From: Octopus sinensis
Lineage: Eukaryota
NCBI RefSeq assembly: GCF_006345805.1
Contig: NC_042998.1
Location: 45,136,001 to 45,200,000, forward strand
Direction: 5' to 3'
DNA length: 64,000 nucleotides
Shown here: in pieces, positions 52,132-64,000 of the stretch
How positions within the stretch are numbered: position 1 is the first letter of the stretch
Layout of the letters: every line of letters starts with the position of its first letter
Made by a program: the position numbers and the translations under genes
The notes under the pieces: model-generated
Database searches by the model: none
The model's input: the letters and a program-made list of their open reading frames with translations, nothing else
What the model was told of the DNA's origin: nothing

Positions 52132-52640
52132 AGAGCACTCAGAGAGTGCAAACCTCCACCAAGGCTACACCAACGTCCTCTCAACGATTAGCCAGAGATG
52201 ATTTTTAAAATGTGAATATCTGAAATAAACTTGACTGCTCTCGCAAATGAGAATACTGAAAATGAACCCAACCGCTCTCAAAAATTAGGTATAAAAACAA
52301 GGAAAATAATCCAGAATCGTTGTCCAGTACCAGATCGATCCCAAAATCTAACCAGTTCATGCCAGTCATGAGGCCTAATATCCCTGAAGGTTTCATCCGA
52401 ATCCATCCAGTGGTTCTTGGTTTTTCACTGTCTGAGAAAAACCAAAGTATGTTTGGTTGGAGGGGATGCCTAAGTTTGTTCAAAAGCTTTGTAGAGCGGT
52501 CTTTCCACTTGTCCTTGGGGACTTGGGATAAAAATTTGCCCTTTCTCATCTTGTGGTTTGTCCAGTTGAAATCCTTGATGGTGGTGCCCCAGAATGATTG
52601 CAATCCAATGACTGAAACAAATGAAAGGTTTAAAAAAAGC
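52132..52640. mobile_element. Non-autonomous repeat (agagcactcagagagtgcaaacctcc) abutting a minus-strand DD37D transposase fragment
   Basis: Minus strand: MRKGKFLSQ..KLLNKLRHPLQPNILWFFSD, the region upstream of the first catalytic Asp. Confidence 0.65.
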
Positions 52641-54518
52641 AGTTCACTAATGTGTTGGTTGCTTAAGATGATAATTCCCAACATAGGCACAAGTCTACCA
52701 ATATAGAGATAGCAACCAATTAATAAAACCAACCATGCTGTATTGATTGGGACTATATTTTATCAAACCCAGATGGATGAAAAGCAAAGTTCACCTCAGC
52801 AGGATTTGAACTCAGAATGTCAAGGATCATAACTAAATATCATAAGGCATTTTGTCTGATGCTCCAAAGTTTCTGCCAATCATACCACTTTTGTTAGCTT
52901 GGAATTATAAATTGAAGTTTTTCTGTAAGGAGATGTCTAGCAGAAAAATGAACTCTGTCAAGCTAACTAGTCCAGGAGTGGTGGAGGTTCTTGAATGGTG
53001 GTGGTTTGATGTATACTAGTTCTGAAGAGTAGTAGTAGTAGTAGTAGTATAGTAGTAGTAGTAGTAGTAGTAGTAGAAGTAGTAGTAGAGACAGAGTGAG
53101 AAGTCAGTAGGTCTATAGACCAGAAGTTGGGTCGTGTTTGTGAGTGAATCATTACCAATCAGCTAGTTTTGTTTGTTTTTTTTTTGTTTTTTGTTCTTTT
53201 GTCATATGTGCTCTAGAATGTTGCACCATCCCACACGAGTCACTTTTGAGCTTTATAGAGAATCATCAGTTGTTTGTGGCTGAACCATTTTTTTTTTTTG
53301 GCTCTGAAGAAGTAGGCCAATCTCTGGGATTTCAGGTTTTTTTGTTTTGTTTATTTTGCTATATCATATCTGTCAGATTGCCTGGAGACATTATCAGTGA
53401 ATGTGAGACCTAGCACCCTTTATATTGTACAGAATACTGCTGTGGTACTTGAATATTTTTATATCTAACACAATAATAATAATGTCAATGATGCAGTACC
53501 AGACAGTGGCTCTCATGACTTCTGATCTTAACTGATTGGAAGTGTTATCATGTACATTGTTTTGTCTTGATATAAAAGATGGGCTACAGCAAATATTCTG
53601 CTCACACCACAGATTTGCTTGTCAGTTGATTGATCTTAACCAGTTGAACATGTCCCTTACAATATGTACATCTGACAACATGTGCATCTCTGATCATGGG
53701 CAGAAATAGTGGGGGAACATCATAACCATGAGGTTTGGATAATTCACCTCTGGAAACATGAGTGTTTTGTTCAACATCCTTAAACAACCCTTATTCAGGA
53801 ACCTTTTGAGTGGAATGGGCTCAAATGCTTGACCTGAAGAAAATTCTAACTGGGCCCCATCTGCAAAGTTATGCACTGTTTATCTTGATATAAGATCACC
53901 ATGTCATAAACATATAGTTGTGATCCATGTGCTTGGTGTACCCTTATCAGATGGGTAGTCATGATGGGTATACTGGGCTTCGTATATTTGCACCCCAGTG
54001 TCACTTTGATGGTATGCACTGCTTGCGCACTCAATAATGATGATAATAATAACAATAACGATAATGATGATGATGATGATTTTAAATTTTGGCACAAGGT
54101 CTGCAAGTTCAGGGGGCTAGTCAATTACATTGACCTCAGTACTCAACTAGTACTTATTTTATCAACCCTGAAAGGATGAAAGGCAAAGTCAGCCTTGGTG
54201 GCATTTGAACTCAGAACATAAGACAGAAGAAGCACTGCTAAGCGTTTTGCCCAGCACAATAACGATTCTGCCACCTTACTGCGAATGGTTTCAAATTTTG
54301 GCACAAGGCCAGTAATTTTGTGGAGCGGCTAAGCCATTTGCATCAACCCAAGAGTCCAACTGGTACTTATTTTATTGACCCCAAAAGGATGAAAGGCAAG
54401 GCTGACCCCAGCAGCATTTGAACTTGAAACATAAACATCGACGAAATGCCACTAAGCAATTTGCCTGGTGTGGTAACAATTCTGCCAGCTAACCATCTTA
54501 ACAATAACAACAACACCA

Positions 54519-54573
<55 letters not shown>

Positions 54574-57500
54574 CAACAATAACAACATCAACAAGAGTAA
54601 AAATTAAAAATAATAGTCTGCAACTTTCTCTGACTTAGCCTAATTAACTCAAACTAACTTTACTATAACAATTTTTTCTACATATTATCATCTCATCATA
54701 ATTTATTTTCACCTTCTTTCAATATAACTACATTATCTCATTTTCTTATACATTGTTCATTCACTAAATATATATATGCACTGCTGAAAATTTTCGGTGA
54801 GTAAGTTTTATGTTAGAGTGAAAAGAGACACAGAGAAAGAGATAAAGAACTTTATGGTGAGGATTGTTGTCATGTAATCTGAGGGTTTAATAGTTTTTGT
54901 TTGCTATGAGATTTTTTTTTTTAGTTCTTCACTTCAGATAGGGGAGTAGATACAATAAGATAAAATAAAGAGCTAATATGACCCTATTAAATTACAACAT
55001 ATTGTTTGTGTCATAAGAACTTAGAAAATTTAAGAGATATGATATATGTAATTTTTAACAGTGCAACTCAGAGTTTATAGAGCTACAGAAAGTAGTGTGT
55101 AGAATGTGGCATTAGAGACCCCATGGATGGAAAAAGTCAAAAGCTGCTACCTATAGGACTTGAGCCTACATCTGTAAAAATGGTGGCACATCTATCATAT
55201 TATCAGAAGATGTGGGTTCAAGTTCCATGGTCAGACCTCAATTTTTCTTTTTTCATCCAGTGTGTAACTGGTACATAATTTATCGACCCCGAAAGGATGA
55301 AAGGCAAAGTCAAACTTGGCAGAATTTGAACTCAGAATGTAACAGCAGACGAAATACCACTAAGCATTGCACCCGGCAGGCTAATGTTTCTGTCAGCTCA
55401 CCGCCTATACATTTTGTAAAATGGTTGGTGTTAGGAAGGCCATCCAGCCATAGAAACTATGCCAAAACAGACAGGGAGCCTGAACTGCCTTTCAGCTGGT
55501 CAGCTCCTATCACACTGTCCAACCCATGCCAGCATGGAAAACAGACGTTAAATGGTGGTGGTGGTGGTGATTTGATAAGGTATCAACAGAAAAGTCCCTC
55601 ATTGCCAACACTTGAGTACCAACAGCTGTAAACCAAACCTCATTGGTGTTTTGACCATTTTTTTTTTCTTTAGCATTCAGATTACTCTGTCAAATGTAAT
55701 GCTTATTCATTTATCCAGATCGATATGAATTGGTCATGCATTATTTTGTAGCTTTGAGATTTCAGTGATGTGATTGTTTATTTTTGGAATAAGGTTGTAG
55801 AGTAAGTGTGAGAGGCCACATCTAACCAGTTTCAAAATAAAACAGGTAGAACAGGTAGATTATTTTGGCCGGATATAGCCAGTTTACATCCTAAAAGGTT
55901 GAGGACTGTGCATTTTGTCTGGCTGCTCAGTACTGCATTGAGATGCCCTGTTCAGGACCTCTTCAAGTGCTACTTAACATCTTCCATGCTATCCCTAGGT
56001 ATAATGCATCATCTTTTTCAATATTTAAGGGTTCAATTAACAGAAAGGCCCCTGAAACAGAATTTGGTTTCTTAACCCTTTTTTTTTTTACTATATTTCT
56101 ATTGAAATGCACATCTTTTGTCTAGATTACTTATCAAAATGATAGGAATTTAGTAAAATAGCTTTGTCATTATTAAATTGGTGTTTAGAACATAAAATAA
56201 CATAAAATTTTAATGGAAGAATTTTATGCAGCTCACTTTAAAACAGGAAGATTATATCAAAGAACCAGGGGTTACCGCATGCAGTTTGGAGTCAAATGGA
56301 TTAAATTGATCAATTTTTAAAGCTTCTTAAAAGTTATTGACATAGTCACAATCTCATTAAATATCTTGATTGCTGCTACTAACCATGTTTAATTAACCAT
56401 CAATTACTACTAATAATGGCACTTGCCAGCTTTTTTTTTTAATTAATTTTTTAATTATAAATAAATGCCTTTGTCACTTCATATTATTTTCTCCTGCTTT
56501 CCTCTTACCATCTGTTTGCTACGCTAAACACTTTATACATTTTATGTGTATGTTTGTTTGTGTGTATACAGTCTTTCATATACACTTCCCAATATATTAG
56601 TAACAATTATTTAAATTATCTTTGAGCAATGTAAACTAATATTCCTCATGTAATTATGAGAAATAATTTTCAAATTCTGACTGCTTTTATTCATCTCTGT
56701 CAAAATATTCTAACCCTAGCTAAAGAATTTTATTTAAGTGTTTTCTCCATTTACCTGTGTAATAAATATTCTAAAATAAATTGAATTAATATTTGATAAA
56801 ATTTTATTAACTAAATATGAACACTGTTGCAACTTTTTCCATCAATTTTGATAGAGAAGCAAAAGTAGGTTACCAAAAATGCACTTGTGAATAAGTATAA
56901 TTTATATGTTTCACAAACAATCATTGAAATTGTAAATTAAGAGCAGAATTATTGAATAAAAGTAGCAACTCTATATTAATATATACTGAAATATCAGAAG
57001 AATATGTCTCCTAATAAACACTGACAAATATGCAGAGACATTAATGATGATAAGTGACAAACCTCTAGTTTGCAATAATCTGATATATTCACACAAATAA
57101 CCCTACTTAACAATGATTCCTAAATTAAACTTAACACTTAACTCTTCCACACTCACAAATTCTCAGTAGGAACTCTACAAACTTTTCAATTCTTCATCCT
57201 CCTTCTAAAGTTTTCCTCTTATTTTCTTTTTCCATTTCTTCCCTTATTTATTTGTTTATTTTTTTAAAAGGTTCAATCAGAATCTATTTGGAAAATCACA
57301 CCAACATTCCTTGTGGAGGTAGAATCACAAGCTCCATCATCATCTTGTCCGAGTGATGTCGGCAACGACCCAGTCTTTAAAAATTAATAACTCAGTTCAC
57401 CAATAATTATTTCAAAAAAAAAAAAATCAAGAAGAATGTTTTTAAAAGAAAATAAAAATAAAGACATTAATTTTAACACGAAATATAAGAACCAAATGAA

Positions 57501-58666
57501 CAGCAAAACCTTCATGAACAACTCAGGGAAATCGGAAAGAAAGTACGTGTGGTCTCAGGTTGAAGTTGGTGGCCTTATATAAGAAAGGGAAAGAAAAATC
57601 TTAAATCTGCAAACAACTCTAGATTAAAGATTAGCAATGAACTTGTGTAGAGCATTACTGGCCAACAGAACATTACAATATCCTCTAATTCTGTAATAAG
57701 TATTAGAGACAAAAACAAAAATTGAACTGAAGGAAAAACAAGGCAGTTTAGTGTCCATTTTAAATGAAGTGGTCACAAGCTGGGAATTGTCAAAGGTAAA
57801 ATAATGATAAAATTAAAGTTTATTCTTATAAGTTCAGTTTACTGGGAGAAAAATAAATCTTATGTCTTTTGATTGGGTATGCTGGCTTTGTTTACTCTTT
57901 TCACTTCAAGAAAGTGGTTACATCTCTGCTTCCTTTGTTGTTGTTGCTGTTATTGTTGTCGTTGTTGTTGAAGTGGTTATAAAACTCACTACAAATCATC
58001 TCTCACATGTGTTAATACAATGTTGTCGTTCATTCCTAGAGATCAGCTGCACACATTTTTACACTTTAACGTTGCTGTTGTCATTGTTCACTACAAGTCA
58101 CAGGCTATAGGCTATGCTTCATTGTGATATCCACAATATTTTTTTCATTGTTGTACTCTGCCAATATTTCTTTGTGCTTCTCTATGTCCATTAAAAGGTT
58201 TCATTCAGTTTGATGTGTGTTTCCTCTATTCTCATTTATAAGGAGCAACATTTCTTATTGTTATCATTTACTTACAATAACAAACTTCTGCTTTTTATAT
58301 TATTCTCATTTCTGTTCTCGATATAATTCCATATAAGATATATATATATATATATCTGCTTTCATCTGCTCACTTAAATGGGTTTTCGCCCTCACTTTCT
58401 GCATTCTCATTCATCATAAGGTCACTGTTATTCACTGTAAAAAAAAAACAAAAAAAACATGTTCTCATACTTATTAGTTACATGAAACATGTCCTCATTC
58501 TCACTCAACATGTCTCTATTTCCTTCTGGTTATTTTTGAACAGTTTGATTGTAGCTGTAAGGGATATTAGATTGCTACTAAATTGGTAGGCTTGTGATGA
58601 ACAAACATTTTACTGAGTTACCTCCCTTGTAGATTAACGCTTTTTTTTTTTCATTCGTTTTATCTG

Positions 58667-58746
<80 letters not shown>

Positions 58747-59418
58747 TTTATGACAAAAGAATTTTGGTTCTTTATCTTTTTTTTTAACTCTATTCAATTA
58801 TAATTTCCTGGTCATATAGCAGATATCAAATCAAAAGATTTCAAGTTTGAAAAAATTGATTTCTAATAGCAAAAATTTTAAAAACAACTAAACATTATGA
58901 AATCTGCAGACAAACTTATTAACTACATTGGACTTGTATAAGGAAAAGAATGTTATTGATACATTCTGAAAAATTAAATAGTTGACATATTTTCAATATC
59001 CAGCACATTTTTCACTTTCAACAAAGAGTGGTGGATGGAAAAGGATTGTATATTACAGACAGAGGTGACTGGTATTAAAAGCAACCCAAAAGATGGTTTG
59101 GAAGGAGTTGCATAGTCAAATAAAAATGATAAATGGCAAGAAAGGTAGGCCATTGTATAAAAGTCCTACCCAACCCATAGCAGCATGCAGAGACATATAA
59201 AACTTTTGATGATGATGATGAAGAGGATGTGTTTGTGTTTGTGCATGTGTTTGTGTGTGTGTGTATGTGTCATTCTCTTCCTGATAGTCATCATCATCGT
59301 CATGAATTAATGTCTGTTTTCCATGTTAATATGGGTTGGTTGAAAAGATCCAGCAAGCAGCAAGGCTGCTTCAAGCTCCCTACATATATATAATACATAC
59401 ATACATACATACATACAT

Positions 59419-59458
<40 letters not shown>

Positions 59459-59485
59459 ACATACATACATACATACATACATACA

Positions 59486-59517
<32 letters not shown>

Positions 59518-60879
59518 AGGTTAGTAGAGTTAGCAGCTGGAATAACCGTCTAAGGGATAAGAATATCCATTTTACTACCGGTATAAATTACCTATGTTAA
59601 CACTGGGCATAGATATCCAAGCATATTACACTCATAGGATTCAGGCAATAACAAAGATAATAAAGTGTTTATCAGGAATCAAATTTAAATTAAGCAGAAA
59701 ATGGATAAATCATGATCAACAATAATTGACTACCATCGATTATTAATGGGATAAAGTTTTGTATTAAAAATAATAATCGATGGTAGCCAATTGTTGTTGT
59801 CAAGATTCCTCCATTTTCTGCTTAATTTATGACATTTCTTCAGACCCTAATGGCCAGTGGCCTTTAACCTCTTTAAGCACTTTATGAATGTGAAACCCAG
59901 AGTAACTCCATAAACCAGCTGCAACTATCTATATTTAATTACTCTACTGCTCTATAACTTAGAGTGTGCTTCTCTTTCGGATATATGACTTACTGAAAAT
60001 GTATGTATGTTAGTGTGTGTGTGTGTGTGTGTGTGTGATTATTGTTGACCGTATATTGTCAACTCAATTCTTTTGAATATAACAACTTTCTCATTGAAAA
60101 TATGCTTCTAACAAGCTTGGTAGAATTTCTACAAATGACCCTCAGATGACAACCTAGCCCTGATTTTTAAAAAACTTTTTGATGAATTTTACTAATAATT
60201 TTGTCGAAAATCACATCCGTTGCAATAATCCAAACATGGGTTTTCAGTTCAGCTTTTAAATATAAAAGACTGCAGTGCTCCACTTGGACTGTGGCACTGT
60301 ATGGATACAAGCACCTTTGTTGGTCTCCCAGTGAAGGCACATGGCTCAGTGGTTAGAGCATTGGGTTCACAATCGTGAGGTTGTGAGTTCAATTCCCAGA
60401 CCGAGCTGTGTTGTGTTCTTGAGCAAGACACTTTATTCCATGTTGTTCCAGTTCACTCAGCTGTAGAAATGAGTTGCAACATCACTGGTGCCAAGCTGTA
60501 TCAGCCTTTGCCTTTCCCTTGGATTACATTAGCGGCATGGAGAGGAGAGGTTGATATGCATAGGCAACTGCTGGTCTGCCATAAGCAAACTTGCCCAGAT
60601 TTGTGCCTCAGAGGATAACTTTCTAGGTGCAATCCCATGGTCATTCATGACCAAAGGGTGCCTTTACCTTTACCCTAGTTGGTCTCCCATTATATGACAT
60701 TTCATAATTGACAAATCTGACTACTCTTGAAAGTGTACAGCAAATTCAGATGAAATTATTTAGAAACCTCGACCATGCAGAACATAACAGTTTGCAGTTT
60801 TGGAGCATTCCATTTTGCTATTTGATGGGCAATTCAAATTTTTTTAAACTGCAGGCTATTATTCCTCATTACACACCCC

Positions 60880-61430
60880 CATTTACTTCCATCCAGTAGA
60901 AGATATTGCCAGTGAACAGTACTGATGTTCAAAAACTTAAAGTTATATTTTGTGATGTCATGAACTCATATTTTGTGCTTGGGATGCTTATCCAGAACTA
61001 ATTATCTGTAAAATAATTGCCTCAGAAGCCTGAGATCATCATCATAGATAACATGACCAACCCATCACATATGTTGATGAAGTGAGCATCCATACTGAAA
61101 CAGCTCATCTTTGTTGGTATTTTTGTGTCAAGTCTACTAGATTTCCAGCTGATGCCTTAGACACTACAAGTGAAGTCTTTTGAGTATTTTGATGTCTTGT
61201 TGACGTGAGAATGTGTCTCAGATAAGACATGGCCTCAGTATTAATGGGAATGTGATGATGCAAACATGATAGGTGCAAAGCTTGTTGAGCAGTTTCAAGC
61301 CCTGTCTAACCAGACTCGGTTCTTTAGCATCCCAAATGTAACTGAAACCTTTTCAATCTGTAAACTGATTTTGAAATCTGGGGATCCATCCTTGGTGACA
61401 GAACAACCAAGATACATGAAAATTTTATAT
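60880..61430 (-). mobile_element. RTE/BovB-like LINE reverse-transcriptase C-terminal remnant
   Basis: FMYLGCSVTKDG..ISLQIEKVSVTFGMLKNRVW, then degraded W.GHV..R..QLFY. Confidence 0.8.
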
Positions 61431-61562
61431 AGTTGTGTAATGAAAAGGTTGTGTCCCAACCATATAGTTCTGGGTTCAGTCCCACTGTACAGCAACTCCT
61501 ACTACAGCCAGGGCTGCCTAAGACCTTGTGAGTGGATTTGGTAGATGAAAATTGAAAGAAGC

Positions 61563-61604
<42 letters not shown>

Positions 61605-63321
61605 TGTGTGTGTGCGCGTGCACGTGTAAATGCATGTGTATGTGTGTGTGTGTGTGTGTATTTGTGATCGTTTTTGTCCCCAACCACCACTTGACAACCA
61701 GTGTTGGTTTGTTCACATTCCCTAACTAAGCAACAAAATAACTACTTAATAAAAATAAGTACTAGGGTTAATTCATTTGACTAAAATTCCTTCAAGGTGG
61801 TGCTCCAGCATGATCACAGTCTAATGACTGAAACAAGCAAAGGATTAAAGACAAGCCTCTTTTGAAGTAAATATGAACACCACCTTAGCTATCTTCAGGC
61901 TTATTATAAGTCAAAAAGCAGAAGAGTAGAGAAAAGCTTCATTATTTCCAAGCATCATGTACAAAGTGAAACTAAAAATCATACTGTGGATACTTGTTAA
62001 AAAGGGTTTTAAACCTTTAACATATGGGTTATTATGTCAAATGTAATGATTATTTATTCACATTGCTTTGAATTAATCATGCATTATCTTGTAGCTAAGA
62101 CATTTTCATGATGTGATTGCTTAGTTTTAGAAAGATATATTAGGATAGGTGTTAGCATTCAGATCTGGCCAGTTTTAACACTCGTTGAATATTTAGGCCG
62201 GATATGGCCAGTTTGAATGCTAAATGGTTAAATTAGTATTCAAGTGATTCATATTAAACAGTTTACTTATAAGAGACAAAGATTTCAGTATCACAGACCT
62301 TGAATGCATGAGTACTCACAAATGCAAGGTACAAGTTTGGCCCAAAAGTAGGTTTACAGTTATCATGTAGGCACTTTAAATTTCTTTTATAACATTTTAT
62401 TACATTTAAATTTCTATCTTACAATTTACTAAATTAGCATAGAATAATGGTTTCATATTTTTTGAGGAGACCTATTGAGTCAAATACATCAAAATCAAAA
62501 TCAAGTGGAAATTGTAGTTGTGATCCCCATGCCAGTGGCACGCAAAAAGCACCATCTGAACGTGGCCAATGCCAGAGCTGCTTTAACTAGCTTCCGAGGT
62601 GGTGGCACATAAAAAGCACTAACCAATTGTGGTAGGTCGCCAGCGTCCTCTGGCCCCTGTGCTAGTGGCATGTAAAAAGCATCCACTACACTCTTGGAGT
62701 GGTTGGTGTTAGGAAGGGCATCTAGCAGTAGAAACATTGCCAGATCAGACTGGAGCCTGGGGCAGTCTCCTGGCTTCCCAGACTCCAGTTGAACCTTTCA
62801 ACCCATGCCAGCATGGAAAAACGGACATTAAACGATGATGATGATGATCTAAACTGTTAATATATGAATGTGAAAAAGATAGTTGAATAACTGTAAACCT
62901 ACTTTTGGGCCACCCTGTATCTGAAGAAAAAAAAAATATATATCCAGCTGTTTAACACAATTCTCTAGAAAGTTGGTTCTGATAGCCTACTATTTTAATT
63001 AAAGTAGCCTTTAACATGAGTGAGTACTTAAACATCATGTTTGTGGGGATGCATGTGTGTGTATGCATGTGTGCGTGTGTACATGTGTATACATGCATAT
63101 GTACATGTGTGTACATGTTTGCATGTGTGAACATGCTGTATCATCATCATCATCATCATCATCATTGTCGTCGTCGTCATCTTTTAATGTCCACCTTCCA
63201 TGATTGCATTGGTTGGATGGTTTGATGGGTTTGAGAATTGCATTTGGCAATGTGGTAAAGAAGTTCACTTCTCAAACATATGATATCAAGTTCAGTCCCA
63301 CTGTATAGCCCTATGTATATG

Positions 63322-63538
63322 TATAAAACAATTTAGCTAGGTGTAAAATTCACCTAAGGAATATTAAATATTGAAGCATCATTACATACTTAAACGGGTT
63401 TACTATACTCCTGAGCTAACACCAAAGCCTAATAATTAAATTTTGTAGACTGAAAGGAGCATATCACACACACACACACACACATATACATTTATATGTA
63501 TATGCATATATGTATGTATGTGTGCACATGTGTGTGTG

Positions 63539-63583
<45 letters not shown>

Positions 63584-63802
63584 TAAGGAATGGAAAACAA
63601 AACAATAAATTGAACAATTATAAACTCAATTCAGTTGAAATATTTTATACAAACAAATCACGTATCTCATAAATTACAGCTGTTTCCCCTTCATTAATAA
63701 AACAAAGTTTTTCAAGAATAATCAAACCCGTTTAATTATGTAATGATGCATCAATATTTGATATCCCTTAGGTGAATTTTACACCTATCTAAATTGTTAT
63801 AT
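63322..63802. mobile_element. MITE with ~78-bp TIRs around a microsatellite core
   Basis: aacaatttagctaggtgtaaaattcacctaagg...aaacgggttt is mirrored at 63724-63802. Confidence 0.85.
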
Positions 63803-64000
63803 ATATATATATATACACATATATATATATATATATATATAATATATATATATATATCTTTATATATATATATATACACATATTTAAATATGTGTGCATG
63901 TGGTGTGTGCATCTTTGTCTTGACATCGCACAACAGATATAAATGTGAGTCCCATCATACAGGTAGCTTAACCTCAAGCTTTCCTTGAAAGTGCCTGACC

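Noticed and set aside
52205-52732. 175-aa minus-strand ORF as a host gene
   Set aside because: Only the middle matches a DD37D transposase; the rest is repeat or SINE sequence.
53150-53420. Candidate downstream GARNL3 exon after ctctag
   Set aside because: Phase 0 hits a stop after 10 codons; the minus strand shows a LINE RT scrap (LMILYKAQ..WDGA).

Overview
AT-rich, repeat-dense eukaryotic DNA. The SINE, MITE and microsatellite landscape looks like an octopod cephalopod (Octopus sp.); this is recognition from repeat families, not a database check. No ORF in the supplied track is a real gene: nearly all are microsatellite or transposon read-throughs. The main content is the 3' part of a + strand GARNL3 orthologue (end of the Rap-GAP domain, then the CNH domain). 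I traced 15 GT-AG exons by hand from 1960 to 44100; they splice in frame without stops (1568 nt, about 522 codons). The 5' exons lie upstream of the window and the terminal exon is unresolved. Introns and flanks hold several tRNA-derived SINE families, TTAA-flanked MITEs, decayed mariner (DD34D), maT-like (DD37D), Tigger/pogo and hAT elements, Helitron-like non-autonomous elements, and RTE and CR1/L2 LINE ends. Most notable observations: a decayed genomic duplicate of exon 15 split by a SINE, a tRNA-headed SINE carrying a degenerate minimal-hammerhead-like motif, several long intronic inverted repeats (possible ADAR or circRNA substrates), a pre-miRNA-sized hairpin, and a 117-bp island readable as a terminal exon on either strand. 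I found no convincing wholly new multi-gene system.
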